From a virus (Duplodnaviria; Caudoviricetes), in IMG/VR virus record IMGVR_UViG_3300033121_000370, positions 8,742 through 72,741 of that record: 64,000 bases of DNA; one strand, written 5' to 3'. The position numbers were made by a program, and so were the translations under genes. Below, one piece after another: positions 52,012 through 62,549 of this stretch. Positions within the stretch are counted from its first letter, which is position 1. Each line of letters opens with the position of its first letter. Below the pieces are notes generated by a model. It worked only from the letters and a program-made list of their open reading frames with translations. It had not been told where the DNA came from and ran no database searches.

Positions 52012-53988
52012 TTATTCTGTGGTTAAGCCATCTGTGTCGATGGTTGAAATATTAGATGAGCTTACAGCGTCGGCATCCCCACCTTGACCTAAGTAGGCTC
52101 CGAGAAGTTCGTCCCGCTTAACCATAGCCTCCTGGGCAGCTTCAGTGTTCCCAGATTCCATAAACTTGGCAATCAGGTTATTATAGGAAGTAATAAGCTG
52201 GGGATTAATACGAATACCTGCTTGGGCTTTAGAAAGGGCTAGCGAGTATGCCTGGTCTAGCTGTCTCTGCTTAAGTGCCTCGTTCACCTGATTAGCTCTA
52301 CGCTGCTCCTGGAGCATACCTTCATTGTAATCAGCTGTACGGCCTCTGGACATTGCTTCGGCTACATCAGCACCACGCTTATTGGAAGTTTCCTGGCGTT
52401 GGTTCTTCATACCCTCGTATGTCTCTAGGGCATTACCGACACCTGAAGCAAACTGGTAGCCAGCATCGTTGGGATTACCTGAAGCACCTAGAAGGCCTAG
52501 ACCCATAGCAAGCATTGGATTCATCTCGAACATCTTGTCCATGCCTGTAGAGGTATCCGGGAATAGGTCAGCCATTGTAGAGACCTCTGTCTGGCCCTTA
52601 TCAGCGCCTAAGGGGTTGTAAGCATTGGGGCTGGGCTGTTCCTTACCGCCTTGGGTTAGGCTTTGGAGGATACCTTGAAAAGCTGGGTTAATCTCTCCCG
52701 AAGGCATCCCCTGAACATCTGTAGGTGCTGCGGGGCCGAACTGCTCACCGTAAGAAGTAGGAACAAATGGAGGAGTACCTACCTGTTGCTGCTGGGGCAT
52801 ACCTGCTGGAGCTGTAGCAGCGTCCCACAGTTCTCCGGGACTGGGGGGAACTAGCGATAGTAAGCCACGGCCAGCACTCTCGAAGAGACCCCCAACTGGG
52901 TTACTAACATTCTCTTTTAACCAAGCTAGAATAGCCGGGTCTGTCTCGTAAGAAGGGTCTTGGTAAGTGGCTCTTCCAGGGTTACGAATACGACCTCGGT
53001 CTACTTGACCGCCTTCAGCATAGCCCTCTACGAGACCACCTTCAGCCTTCTTGTTGGAGTTGAAGATGCCTGTGTTGCTAAGGAATCCTAAGCCAGTGCT
53101 TAGGCCCCCTAGGATTGAGTTTAGAGTACTCTGCTGGGGATATGTGTTAGCCTGAGTAGTTGTCTGGCCTGTCTGATACTTCGACATATCAGCACCATTA
53201 ACAAGATTGCTAAGGAAGCCAATCTGGCCCTTGTTGTAATCCCTCTGGTTAGTAAAGTCCTGGTAAGCTGTATCCAAGCCAGTCTGTGCCAGGTTACGCT
53301 GGATGTTACCTGAGTTATAAAGAGCCTCAGTATCCTTAAGCTTGTATGCCTGATTAGCATCACCAAGATTAGATAGACCTTGGGCATACTGAAGGTTAGG
53401 CTGAAGCCGGTCAATGCCAAACTGGCGGTCTTTGTTAAATTGGTCAACTGCTTGGCCATAACCTGAAGAATAGAGGTCAGCTACTGTAGAGTTCAGATTA
53501 CGCTGAGTATTACCAAATAGTTCCTGCTCAGCAATGGCCTGGCGAGAACCACCAAAGGCACCAGCTAAGCCAGCAGAACCACGAAGCCGATTAAGCTCCT
53601 GTTGGTTGGTACGCAAGGCCTGTTCAGTTGTAGTGTTTACTACGCCCTGAATGTAAGGATTCATGTACTGATTGAGTTGGTCAGTACCAAATGTACTTGG
53701 CATATTGCCTAGGGCTTGTAGCCCTTGCATACCCTGGTTTAGAGCAGTACCTGCCTGGTCGTACAGGCCTTGCTGAGAACCCTGTAGGTTACGGGTCTGC
53801 TGAAAAGACTGTAGCTCATCAGGCGTAAATCCAGCTACACGCTGGCCTGTATACGCAGTGTACGGAGTGTTCGCCTCAGCCTTAGCTGCTCCTAAGGTGT
53901 CATAGAGAAGACCCTGGAGATAAGTGTCATAGGAGGACGAAGAAGTTGAATTAGCCCCAGTAGCTGTGGGTGGTTGAATTAGAGCCAT
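52012..53988 (-). CDS. Internal virion / DNA pilot-like protein
   Basis: YTGQRVAGFTP, YMNPY and GAFGGSRQA motifs; Q/G/A-rich. Confidence 0.65.
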   Translation of the reverse strand: MALIQPPTATGANSTSSSSYDTYLQGLLYDTLGAAKAEANTPYTAYTGQRVAGFTPDELQSFQQTRNLQGSQQGLYDQAGTALNQGMQGLQALGNMPSTFGTDQLNQYMNPYIQGVVNTTTEQALRTNQQELNRLRGSAGLAGAFGGSRQAIAEQELFGNTQRNLNSTVADLYSSGYGQAVDQFNKDRQFGIDRLQPNLQYAQGLSNLGDANQAYKLKDTEALYNSGNIQRNLAQTGLDTAYQDFTNQRDYNKGQIGFLSNLVNGADMSKYQTGQTTTQANTYPQQSTLNSILGGLSTGLGFLSNTGIFNSNKKAEGGLVEGYAEGGQVDRGRIRNPGRATYQDPSYETDPAILAWLKENVSNPVGGLFESAGRGLLSLVPPSPGELWDAATAPAGMPQQQQVGTPPFVPTSYGEQFGPAAPTDVQGMPSGEINPAFQGILQSLTQGGKEQPSPNAYNPLGADKGQTEVSTMADLFPDTSTGMDKMFEMNPMLAMGLGLLGASGNPNDAGYQFASGVGNALETYEGMKNQRQETSNKRGADVAEAMSRGRTADYNEGMLQEQRRANQVNEALKQRQLDQAYSLALSKAQAGIRINPQLITSYNNLIAKFMESGNTEAAQEAMVKRDELLGAYLGQGGDADAVSSSNISTIDTDGLTTE

Positions 53989-53996
53989 GCTTGTTG

Positions 53997-55169
53997 TTAC
54001 TTACCCCTCATCGCGGTCTTCTGAAGCTTTACCGGGTCTACGGATTCGCCATAGAGCTTGTTAATTTCCTGTTGTACCAAATTCTTAATACGAGCTGAGC
54101 CAGCCTTGCTAGACCCTCTGCCGAGCATGGCTACCTGAAGAGCGGGTACAACGTGCTCCCCATCACTTAGGGCTGCCGGAGTTCCACCACCAATTATGGC
54201 AGGAACACCGTCGGACATGCCATCACCTGGCCCACGGACTATGCCACCACGGGCCATACCAGCTGCCTGTAGGAAGGCAGACCTGCGCTGACCTCCCCCT
54301 TGTTGCTGAAGTTGCTGAATAAGGGCTGCTAACTGAGCCTGGTCATCTGAGGAGTAACTGCTTTGACTATTAGACGTAACTCCTTCTAGTCCCGAAGCTA
54401 GTTTAGCCAGACTTGATACATTCGTCAACCCTGAGCTGCCGCTCCCTAAAAACCTTGAGGCTTTACTAAGTGGAGAAAAGAATGGGCTAACAGACCCGGA
54501 AGCGCCTACTTTACCAGCAGCCTTTGTAAGACCACTTAAGCCACCAGCACCGCTGAAGGCACCACCAGCACCACCAAGAGCTGCCCCGAGAAGGGCACCC
54601 TTGGCTCCACCGCCCGAGATTAGTCCACCTAAACCACCTAGACCAGCACCAGCAAGAGCTGAGCCAGCTGTAGCACTAATGCCTAATCCGGCACCTAGGG
54701 CTGTCCCGATACCGGGAGCAAGAAAAGAAAGAGCGATAGGGGCTACTAGGCCCATTATGCCCCCGAGGCCCCCCTTCTTATTGCGCTTGGCAATAATGGG
54801 GTCTAGGGCTCCAGGGACTTGACTCCAATTAGAAACCGGCTTACCCCCTTTGTAAACGACAATCTTGTTGATGTCGTCAAGGGTATCTGCTACACCCTTT
54901 TGGCCAGTATCTTGGTCAGTTCCTTTCCAGAGGCCCCACTTCTTTTCTAGGATGAACTTGTACGGGTCAGAGAGGGAACTATAAGCCTGTTGGTTAGCCA
55001 TAGCTTCACCCCCGCTGCCTATGAGATTAGTTAAGCCTCGTGGTTGCTGGGTATCTAGAGCTGGACGACTGAACGTAGCTACTGGTTCGCTAAAGCCTTT
55101 TTGGCCATACGAATAGAGATTATCCGGGCTGTACTCTTTAGCGTAAGTATCGGTGTAAGCAGTTGTCAT
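53997..55169 (-). CDS. Internal virion protein, Gly-rich
   Basis: GGIVRGPGDGMSDGVPA...LSDGEHVVPA..V..LG.GSS.AG C-terminal motif. Confidence 0.65.
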   Translation of the reverse strand: MTTAYTDTYAKEYSPDNLYSYGQKGFSEPVATFSRPALDTQQPRGLTNLIGSGGEAMANQQAYSSLSDPYKFILEKKWGLWKGTDQDTGQKGVADTLDDINKIVVYKGGKPVSNWSQVPGALDPIIAKRNKKGGLGGIMGLVAPIALSFLAPGIGTALGAGLGISATAGSALAGAGLGGLGGLISGGGAKGALLGAALGGAGGAFSGAGGLSGLTKAAGKVGASGSVSPFFSPLSKASRFLGSGSSGLTNVSSLAKLASGLEGVTSNSQSSYSSDDQAQLAALIQQLQQQGGGQRRSAFLQAAGMARGGIVRGPGDGMSDGVPAIIGGGTPAALSDGEHVVPALQVAMLGRGSSKAGSARIKNLVQQEINKLYGESVDPVKLQKTAMRGK

Positions 55170-55215
55170 CCCTAGATTATACCATAATAAGCGGAGCGAA
55201 CGCCCCTATAAGAGG

Positions 55216-57600
55216 TTAAAACAGACGTTCTATATATACGTAGGTGTACCTCTCGTTAACTCCGCCAATACCAGCTGCTTGGCCCCACCCGTCTGTAGCT
55301 CTGGTGGTTGTGCAGTTGTGCTCAATCTGGTACTCTGTGGCACTGGTAATTGTTACGTTGACTATTGTCTCTGCCACTGACTGAGTTGTAGCGTTAGCGT
55401 AAGCGGACTGGCCACTGGTTAATCCCGTAGCATTGGTTACATCGTAGACTCTTAACTTATGTCCATCTACCAGATAAGCCGGGGCAAAAGCCCGGATTAC
55501 GTAAGACCCAGGGACAAGAGTGAACTTGTTAGAGGCTAAGGAAACTATCTGGCCTGGGTCAAAGCTTTCGGTAGTTAAGTCCCGAAGCTGCCAAGAACCT
55601 GAAGTGGCTGTGCCTCCGGCTGTCCCGGAAGATTTCTCATCAAAGAGTAAGGCCTTGAAAAGAGGACCTATTTCTAGAACTTCCACAGAGGGAGTAGAGC
55701 TAATGAATACCTTGATGTAGCTACCCTTACGAGGTAAATACACGGAGGTTACATCTTCCCCATTGACCCTAGTAGTTGTCGGAAAGGCCACAGTTACACC
55801 GTTACTGTGCCCGGCATAAATGGTGTAGGTTCTTCCTACAGCAGCCTTTGTAGGAGTTGGTATTGTAATTGTGCCCGTGGAACTAGACCAGAAGATACCT
55901 TCTACAGAGAGGTCAAAAGTTATCGAACCACTAGCCGTGGAGTAAGCATATTCCTTCTCAAAGATACCAACAGGCCCCCGGCTGGAGGTTGATATTACGG
56001 CACAGGTGTCGTTTGTAATTGAGCCGAATGTTCTTGTAACTAGAGCTTTGTAAGTATCTGAAAAAGCTACATTGTACGGGATTATGTTACCGCGTAATAA
56101 ACAGTGTTCAAAAGATACCTGGACATTAGCTGAGAGGGGCTTACAGAAGAGAGCTGTACGTGTATCCCCTTGACTTGCCTCTGTGACTAGAAGCTCACGG
56201 CAAGCTACAGAAGCCTTACCACCAATAGATAGCATGTTTAAGCAGGCCATCACCACATTGCTATTCAGGGTAAAAGACCGTGCAGCTGTAGACTCAAAGT
56301 TGTAGCAGGTACTCTTGTGGGTAAGCTTTAGAGTAGCCGCTCCATCAGTAACGGTGTCATCATACTCAGTGGGCCAAGCTGGTTCAGTACCACCGCCTAA
56401 ACCACCAACTGTGACTTCAAAGATAGCGTGTTGGCCTATATAGGTAGCTGTTGGCTTTACAAGTTCTCCCACGGCATATGTCCGGGCTGCTGTCCATCGG
56501 GGCGAGGAGCGGCTAACGCACTGCCAGACTACCGTACCATCAGTTGTGGAAGCGCCTATTGTGTAAGTAAACGTAGGAGGGCTACCTGCAGAGGTCCCTC
56601 CTGTGGTAGCCGTAAAGCTGTAGTTATTGTAGGTAACTTCTTTGCCACTAGAGTAGGCGGTGGAATTAGCTCGAGCATCTAAGTCATTGATAAACGGCCT
56701 GAAATCTTCAGAGTGGTTACTGCTAATTATAGGGCAACGGGTGGACTTATGGGTAGGGCTGTTGTCTATGATGTCAAAGTTGGTGTCAAAACCATTGATA
56801 ATATTACTGTGGATGAAGGCATTCTCAAAGCCGCTCAGGTGGATACCATATTTGTTCTGGCCATACACAGCAGAATTCTGGCGGGACACATGACACCCGA
56901 TAATTTGGATAGAAGCCGCTGGAGCTGCCGAGGAACTGGCTACTTCTCCCCACAGCCACGCATAGCCATAATTAGAGAAGCCTTGGCAATCCTTGATAAT
57001 GAGGCTATCTGTTTCCCCTGTTATCTTTATACCCATGTACAGGTCTTGGCTGAAACGAACATTCTCAATTGTAAAAGAAGAGCCAACCCGGCTAGAGCCA
57101 ATATCGTTTAGAGTAACACCTACAGAATCAGGGTCTGTAGCATCTTGGCCTATAAGGCGAAAAGAAGAAAGTTTAGGGCCAAACTTCAACTCCGATTCAA
57201 CCTTGATTGTGGGGGTAGCCCCAGTAATGTGTTGGAGGATGGATATATCAGTACCAGCCCCAACTAAGCGATTATTACCAGTTAAAGTAATATCCGTGGA
57301 GAAATACCAGGTACCCTCAGGAATTAAGACCGAGAAGCCATATAAGGCCGCTGTAGTAAGCGCCTGGTTAATAGCGGGACCATTATCAAATGTAGTATTG
57401 TTAGCAACAGCCCCATAACGACGGATGTCTATGAAGCCTACGTTATCGTAAGTGTTTTCGATATACCTGGAGAGCGCAGCATCATTCAGGCTTAAAGCCT
57501 TGATGAGTGTACCCCACAGAGCAGGGGAGATAACTGTGTTAGTTGGTGCTTCAGGGTAGCGAGTTAAACCCTGTTGCTTAGGGTAAGCTGAAAAAGCCAT
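55216..57600 (-). CDS. Tail spike/fibre with pectate-lyase-like beta-helix and two carbohydrate-binding-like repeats
   Basis: IRRYGAV..DNGPAINQAL...IPEGTW. Paired repeats (TAYSSG...TGGTS...TTDGTVVW and WTAARTYAVG...TEPAWP...TDGAATL). Confidence 0.7.
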   Translation of the reverse strand: MAFSAYPKQQGLTRYPEAPTNTVISPALWGTLIKALSLNDAALSRYIENTYDNVGFIDIRRYGAVANNTTFDNGPAINQALTTAALYGFSVLIPEGTWYFSTDITLTGNNRLVGAGTDISILQHITGATPTIKVESELKFGPKLSSFRLIGQDATDPDSVGVTLNDIGSSRVGSSFTIENVRFSQDLYMGIKITGETDSLIIKDCQGFSNYGYAWLWGEVASSSAAPAASIQIIGCHVSRQNSAVYGQNKYGIHLSGFENAFIHSNIINGFDTNFDIIDNSPTHKSTRCPIISSNHSEDFRPFINDLDARANSTAYSSGKEVTYNNYSFTATTGGTSAGSPPTFTYTIGASTTDGTVVWQCVSRSSPRWTAARTYAVGELVKPTATYIGQHAIFEVTVGGLGGGTEPAWPTEYDDTVTDGAATLKLTHKSTCYNFESTAARSFTLNSNVVMACLNMLSIGGKASVACRELLVTEASQGDTRTALFCKPLSANVQVSFEHCLLRGNIIPYNVAFSDTYKALVTRTFGSITNDTCAVISTSSRGPVGIFEKEYAYSTASGSITFDLSVEGIFWSSSTGTITIPTPTKAAVGRTYTIYAGHSNGVTVAFPTTTRVNGEDVTSVYLPRKGSYIKVFISSTPSVEVLEIGPLFKALLFDEKSSGTAGGTATSGSWQLRDLTTESFDPGQIVSLASNKFTLVPGSYVIRAFAPAYLVDGHKLRVYDVTNATGLTSGQSAYANATTQSVAETIVNVTITSATEYQIEHNCTTTRATDGWGQAAGIGGVNERYTYVYIERLF

Positions 57601-57617
57601 TTAGTTAGCACAGCCCC

Positions 57618-59423
57618 TTAGTTTCTGCCGTTAGTGCGGGTGCGGAGTCTCATCTTACCTAGCTGCCAGAAAGAGCCAGCAGAATCGGCCTCAATCTTTA
57701 TGGACAGTTGTCTGCCCCGGCCTCTAATATCTACCTTTTCTGTAGATGGTTCTATGAGGTAAGGGCCCTTTTCTTCAACAGGACCATTGGGGTACTTACG
57801 AAACTTAAGTGTTATTGCTGCTTGCCCCAGCATACGGAAGTCTGGAACAAGCCTGTCTGCAAATACAATCTCTTCCCCATTAGCCATGTCAAACTCGGCA
57901 GACTCAATATAGGACTCAAGAGCATCGTTGTCAGCATCCAGGCCCAGCTCGTGAGTATACATAAAGCCGTCTGTGCCGAAGCCTACAGGGTTGTTCAAGA
58001 GGCCAACATCTAACCAGCACGACCTGTTTAAAGTGCCGTAGTAGAATACATTTTCATCGTAGTTAAATATTACGTAAGCATCACAGTCATTGGTAGTTGA
58101 GTTTACACTTTGGTAAAACCATATGACTTCTCTGTACAGGCTGTTATGGCCCGCAAAGATTTTTTCCTTCTGGAATTTATCGATGTTAAAGGCTCCAGTA
58201 TCCTCAAACAAGTCTTTAGTAATTGGACAAGCAATGGTTTGCACTTGGCCATTGTACGAGAAGAAGCCCTTTAGGCCCATCCAGTAAATAGTGCCACCTA
58301 CGTCTATAGTGGCTTGCTGGGAGAGCAACCCACAGTTTTTGCCTAGTACGTCGAAGGAGAAATAGTAGGGCTCCCCTGTGTACTTGATGTTGTAGAGAGC
58401 TGTGTCTGTCCAGGCTAATGTCTCAGCCTTTGTCTCCTGGATACCCACAATGCGCGAACCATCCTGGAGTCGATAGTCACCAGCGGTATTTATACCTGAA
58501 GGTGTCCACGTTGTGTAATCTTCATCGGCACTCCAGCGCACAAGCATTGGGTCATAGGTACTAGTGGCAATATCTACGGTGCCGAAGGTCATTAAGTGAC
58601 GTGTAGGGTATGTTACGTTTATAAAGTCATTAACAGCAGGAGCCTGTGTAATCTGAGTAGCTCTTACACCTGTCCCACCAGAAGCATCCCAAACATAAAC
58701 GGGGCCACCTTTGTAGTTGAATACTAGGTCCTCACCCCAGTTATCCCCGGACCACTTGCGCAGTTTACGCACCAGACCCATAGGAGCAGCCATACCGTAA
58801 GGACCTGAACCATACGTACTACGGCCATAGCCATAGACGATGTTGTTGCTCTGGTAGCCAGAATGAATAGGGATTAAACCAGTAACAGTGCCACCAGCAT
58901 TAGTGCTTGTGGCTGTTGCTACTTGTTCAGAGTCTACTATAAAGGAATTGGCGTCTACCACAGAAGTTACCAGGTAGGAGCCATTTAGAAGGACAGAGCC
59001 GCCTATGGTAGTGGCGGCTAGAAGACTGATGTAATCTCCAGCTACTCTATCGTGGGCTGAAAGGGAGACAACAACGGAGGTCTCTCCAGTTACTACACTA
59101 AGAGCATTAGAGACTGATACACTACTGGACACTGGGGTAATATCATTAAAGACACCCCCCTCTACAATGTACATCTTGGCGTGAGTGCCTAAACCCACGT
59201 ATGTGTGGTAGGTGTCTAGGGTAGTCCAGTTAGTCGTATAGCGAGCTACGCCATCAAATGTATTAGGCGAGCCTTTTTGCCAACCACCAATACTCTGTGG
59301 TAATCCCTGCTTAAAGCGGACCTTATCCATCTGGTACCAGCTACCTTCGGAACCGTAGCTAGTAGTATCCCGGCTAATCCCCGGCTTTAGCTCCAGTGGT
59401 ATAAACTTTGAATCTGAGGACAT
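57618..59423 (-). CDS. Tail tubular B / head-closure (P22 gp10-like) protein
   Basis: KPGI.RD.T.Y..EG.W...DKVRF..GLP..IGGW, VRWS..ED...W, G..RL..GS.I and AYVIFNY. Confidence 0.7.
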   Translation of the reverse strand: MSSDSKFIPLELKPGISRDTTSYGSEGSWYQMDKVRFKQGLPQSIGGWQKGSPNTFDGVARYTTNWTTLDTYHTYVGLGTHAKMYIVEGGVFNDITPVSSSVSVSNALSVVTGETSVVVSLSAHDRVAGDYISLLAATTIGGSVLLNGSYLVTSVVDANSFIVDSEQVATATSTNAGGTVTGLIPIHSGYQSNNIVYGYGRSTYGSGPYGMAAPMGLVRKLRKWSGDNWGEDLVFNYKGGPVYVWDASGGTGVRATQITQAPAVNDFINVTYPTRHLMTFGTVDIATSTYDPMLVRWSADEDYTTWTPSGINTAGDYRLQDGSRIVGIQETKAETLAWTDTALYNIKYTGEPYYFSFDVLGKNCGLLSQQATIDVGGTIYWMGLKGFFSYNGQVQTIACPITKDLFEDTGAFNIDKFQKEKIFAGHNSLYREVIWFYQSVNSTTNDCDAYVIFNYDENVFYYGTLNRSCWLDVGLLNNPVGFGTDGFMYTHELGLDADNDALESYIESAEFDMANGEEIVFADRLVPDFRMLGQAAITLKFRKYPNGPVEEKGPYLIEPSTEKVDIRGRGRQLSIKIEADSAGSFWQLGKMRLRTRTNGRN

Positions 59424-60577
59424 TAAGCATTTAGTTCCGTGATGAAAATCTTGGTAGTTGCGTTACTGCCATTGACTGTACCTGTGTTTAAGCCTGTCTT
59501 GGCAGCTCTCACTGAGACTGTAATAGCACCTGTAGTTGCCGGGCTTAACTCAGCAATTAGTGTGTGCTGTAGTGTCTGGCTAATGGCTGCATTATATGTA
59601 TTAACAGCATCTATGGCTGTGGGAGACCCATCCCAGAATAAGCCCGTCATTAGCACACTGTCAGCGGTTGTACAAGCAACTGGTACATAGGCCTGGACGA
59701 TGAGGCGACTGGTTGTTGACTTGGGGGTAAATGTGAGGGAGCCCACACTCCATCCAGTGCCAGCCGAAAGAGAGGTAGCCGGGCTGGATACGATTACTGG
59801 AGTAGCTGACTTGGAGACGGCAGCGTTGATGCAAACAGTCCCGCCGCGAAGATTGTCGAAGTACCCTGTAGAAGCGGATACTCGTGAGGCATCAACAGCG
59901 GAAACCCCAATAGAGTTACAGTTAACAACCCCTGCTGTGAGGGTACCGGAAACTTGGCCTGATGTAGCTCTTAGAACTCCTACACTAGCAGTAGCTACAA
60001 CATCCAGTATTCCACTGAAGGAACCGTTAGTAGCTACCAGGTTAGGAGTAGTTAGCGAGGTAGCTGTTAAGTTAGTTATAGAGGCAGCAGCAGCTGTTAA
60101 GGCTGTAGTGATACTTACATTAGCAACTGTTAAGTTCGTAGCTACTAAACTAGCAACAGAACCGTTCTTGTACATAGGGAAGGTAACAGGAAGTACTGAA
60201 GTCCCTGTAGAGTACACCAGGATTGCTGTAGACGCAGGGATACTAACTCCAGTTCCCCCTGAAGTCCTAAAGGTAACAGTCTTATTTCCCGTGGTGTAGT
60301 TGGTAACTACTTTGAACGTAGGGATGTCCGGATACACAAGAGTGGCTGTAGTAGTGAGAGCACCCTCAGCCTGTAGTATACGGTAGCGGGCGTCGTCAGA
60401 GACACCACTAGCCACAGATACAGTGTTAGAGCCATCAGCTACCGTAATAGCCTTAAATCCGTTGAGGGCCGAGTCAATCAGGCTAAATTGGGTATTGATA
60501 GTCTCACCCCAGGTACCGTCGTTATCCCCGGTGCCTTGTAACTGAAGGCGGACTGTCGAAGTAAAAGTAGATGACAT
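59423..60577 (-). CDS. Tail fibre-like structural protein
   Basis: STFT..VRLQLQGTGDNDGTWG..IN N-terminal anchor; S/T-rich. Confidence 0.65.
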   Translation of the reverse strand: MSSTFTSTVRLQLQGTGDNDGTWGETINTQFSLIDSALNGFKAITVADGSNTVSVASGVSDDARYRILQAEGALTTTATLVYPDIPTFKVVTNYTTGNKTVTFRTSGGTGVSIPASTAILVYSTGTSVLPVTFPMYKNGSVASLVATNLTVANVSITTALTAAAASITNLTATSLTTPNLVATNGSFSGILDVVATASVGVLRATSGQVSGTLTAGVVNCNSIGVSAVDASRVSASTGYFDNLRGGTVCINAAVSKSATPVIVSSPATSLSAGTGWSVGSLTFTPKSTTSRLIVQAYVPVACTTADSVLMTGLFWDGSPTAIDAVNTYNAAISQTLQHTLIAELSPATTGAITVSVRAAKTGLNTGTVNGSNATTKIFITELNA

Positions 60578-60582
60578 AGTTG

Positions 60583-61251
60583 TTACTCAGTCCCTTTTAA
60601 AGTATTTTCAAAATGCACACCGCTGATTGGCTGGAAGCCATCGTCACGTCTGTTGCGCTTGGCCTCGTTTTCTACAGCTTGGCGTTCACGGTCATAGAAC
60701 TGGCCCCACACATTTGCATCGGGCATATCCTTCTTAATCATGTTAGCCTCCACAAGGCAGCGAGAAAGGAGAAGGCCTGGATACATATCCAATAGGTAGC
60801 AATTAGGGTTATCAGAAGTTGGGATACTAACAGTGACTACTCGTACCTCAAGCTCTTGGGTAGAGGTAGGCGTAGGGGCCAGATAAATAGAGTTGTTGTC
60901 GAGGCGTGTGTAATAGGTTGGATTACCACCACCTACGTCTACCGTGGGCCACAGTTCTACCAGATAAGTGTAGGGGCGGTGCAGAAGGAACTTCTTTCGC
61001 CCGGCTGAAGTCTTAGCTACAGATTTGATTACATAAGAGTCAGTAGCCAAGGTAGCTGTGGGGACGCCACCAGTAGCTGTGACCGAGGTAATCACGTTAA
61101 AGCCAGTAACATCTACCTCACGCACGATGGTGCGACAAGCATTCCGAATTACGTTCGGGATTAGCTGGGTAAACTCTTCTCCCGTATCCTCGACATAGTG
61201 TTGGATGCAGGAAACAAGGCTGTTGTAATCGGTGGCTACTAATTCAGTCAT
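60583..61251 (-). CDS. Head-tail adaptor / tail tubular-like protein
   Basis: Y..LV..IQ.Y.E...F...IP..I and PTYY...LAPTP...YP.LLL pattern. Confidence 0.6.
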   Translation of the reverse strand: MTELVATDYNSLVSCIQHYVEDTGEEFTQLIPNVIRNACRTIVREVDVTGFNVITSVTATGGVPTATLATDSYVIKSVAKTSAGRKKFLLHRPYTYLVELWPTVDVGGGNPTYYTRLDNNSIYLAPTPTSTQELEVRVVTVSIPTSDNPNCYLLDMYPGLLLSRCLVEANMIKKDMPDANVWGQFYDRERQAVENEAKRNRRDDGFQPISGVHFENTLKGTE

Positions 61252-61279
61252 AAGGTAATTATACCACTATCTCTCTGGT

Positions 61280-61537
61280 TTATAGGTAGCGTAGACCGCC
61301 GGTTGACACAGAAGCTGGTGCAAACACAGCATCCGGGCGAGGCCGCTCTAGCGGAGCATCAGGCTTGGGAATTGGGGGTTTAAGCTGTGGGTGGTTCAGG
61401 CGCTGGAACTGGCCATCGTAGCAGGTATCACATACCCAGATGCCACTTAGTTCCATTGTCATCTGCTTGTAGGGGTATACGAAGGCGCACCTATCGCATA
61501 CGGCTTTAGCATTCTTTCCTGAGTTAAATCTAGGCAT
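61280..61537 (-). CDS. Small Cys-rich virion-module protein
   Basis: GK.A.A.CDRC.F.Y...VC..C.D...PQL pattern. Confidence 0.6.
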   Translation of the reverse strand: MPRFNSGKNAKAVCDRCAFVYPYKQMTMELSGIWVCDTCYDGQFQRLNHPQLKPPIPKPDAPLERPRPDAVFAPASVSTGGLRYL

Positions 61538-61543
61538 ACCTGT

Positions 61544-62206
61544 TTACCTCAGTTTAGGAACTATACGTAGCCGGGTGCGGTCCCTGTCATCTTCATAGGC
61601 TAAGTCCCAAGATTCCTTGGCATCCTGTTTTAGAATACTTAGTTTGGCTATGCTTTCCTGGGAACCGTCTATACGGTCTTTGAAGATTAGATAAGCCAGG
61701 CCATTAACTAAAGAAGGCATAAAGCGATAAGGGGCATCAATGGAATCTGTTGGGCTGGTAATGTCGTCTACGCGCTTGATGGCCCAGAACTTGAGAGCAC
61801 CAGCCTGTGCAGGAAGAGGCCACAGAGTAATGTTAGCTCTGTCTTTTAAGCGTTCTACCAGGAACTGGGTGGGCCGAGAAGCCTGTTGCTTGTTCGTAAT
61901 AGGCAGGTAGTCCTTGTAGGACATCCGGTTCATGGCCAGGTCTGCTGTAGAGCTTTGGACCCACACACAGTCAAGGACATCAGATACGCCTGAGCTGAGA
62001 GAAACTGTAACTGTACTGGCCGTAACAGGCACGGACTCCAGGGATAGCTTCCAGAGGTTAACGCCTCGGTTCTGCCATTCAGTCATGAGTAAATTCAGCT
62101 TAGTACGAGCAGCTCGTAGCTCTTCATACTGGGTAGGCTGACCTCCAGCCATGCGAATAGCTTCTTCGATGGCCTGGTCTACTGTAAGGGTAAATGATGT
62201 GGTCAC
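61544..62206 (-). CDS. Tail tubular A / adaptor-like protein
   Basis: AR..LNLL..EW.NRG.NLW, RPTQF.VER, LWP.P and F.P.LV.GLAY. Confidence 0.65.
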   Translation of the reverse strand: MTTSFTLTVDQAIEEAIRMAGGQPTQYEELRAARTKLNLLMTEWQNRGVNLWKLSLESVPVTASTVTVSLSSGVSDVLDCVWVQSSTADLAMNRMSYKDYLPITNKQQASRPTQFLVERLKDRANITLWPLPAQAGALKFWAIKRVDDITSPTDSIDAPYRFMPSLVNGLAYLIFKDRIDGSQESIAKLSILKQDAKESWDLAYEDDRDRTRLRIVPKLR

Positions 62207-62209
62207 TTA

Positions 62210-62392
62210 TTATTTCCAGAACTCTAAGTGTAGTTCCCTCTTGTGAAGGTCGTTAGTTTTAGTGAGGACCAGCTTGGCCTTTTCTAGGGTACGAAGGGCA
62301 TCTGTAGGACATCCGTTACGTAACTCATCAAGGGCTTGGTCTACAAAGGTAGCTAGTCTATTGAATTCTCGAGTAGGTGCTATTGTATGCAT
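62210..62392 (-). CDS. Hypothetical protein
   Basis: 60-aa ORF in the late-arm orientation. Confidence 0.4.
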   Translation of the reverse strand: MHTIAPTREFNRLATFVDQALDELRNGCPTDALRTLEKAKLVLTKTNDLHKRELHLEFWK

Positions 62393-62549
62393 GTGATAAC
62401 AGGGGATTATTTAACCTTCTTAAACTTCAAAGACTTACTATCGAATTCCTCTTTACGGGGGCACCGAAGGCAGCATCGCTTAGAATCATCTAGTAATGAG
62501 TAGTGCCAATCATGGAGTCCTACAATGCAGAGGATGTCGCGGAAGGTTA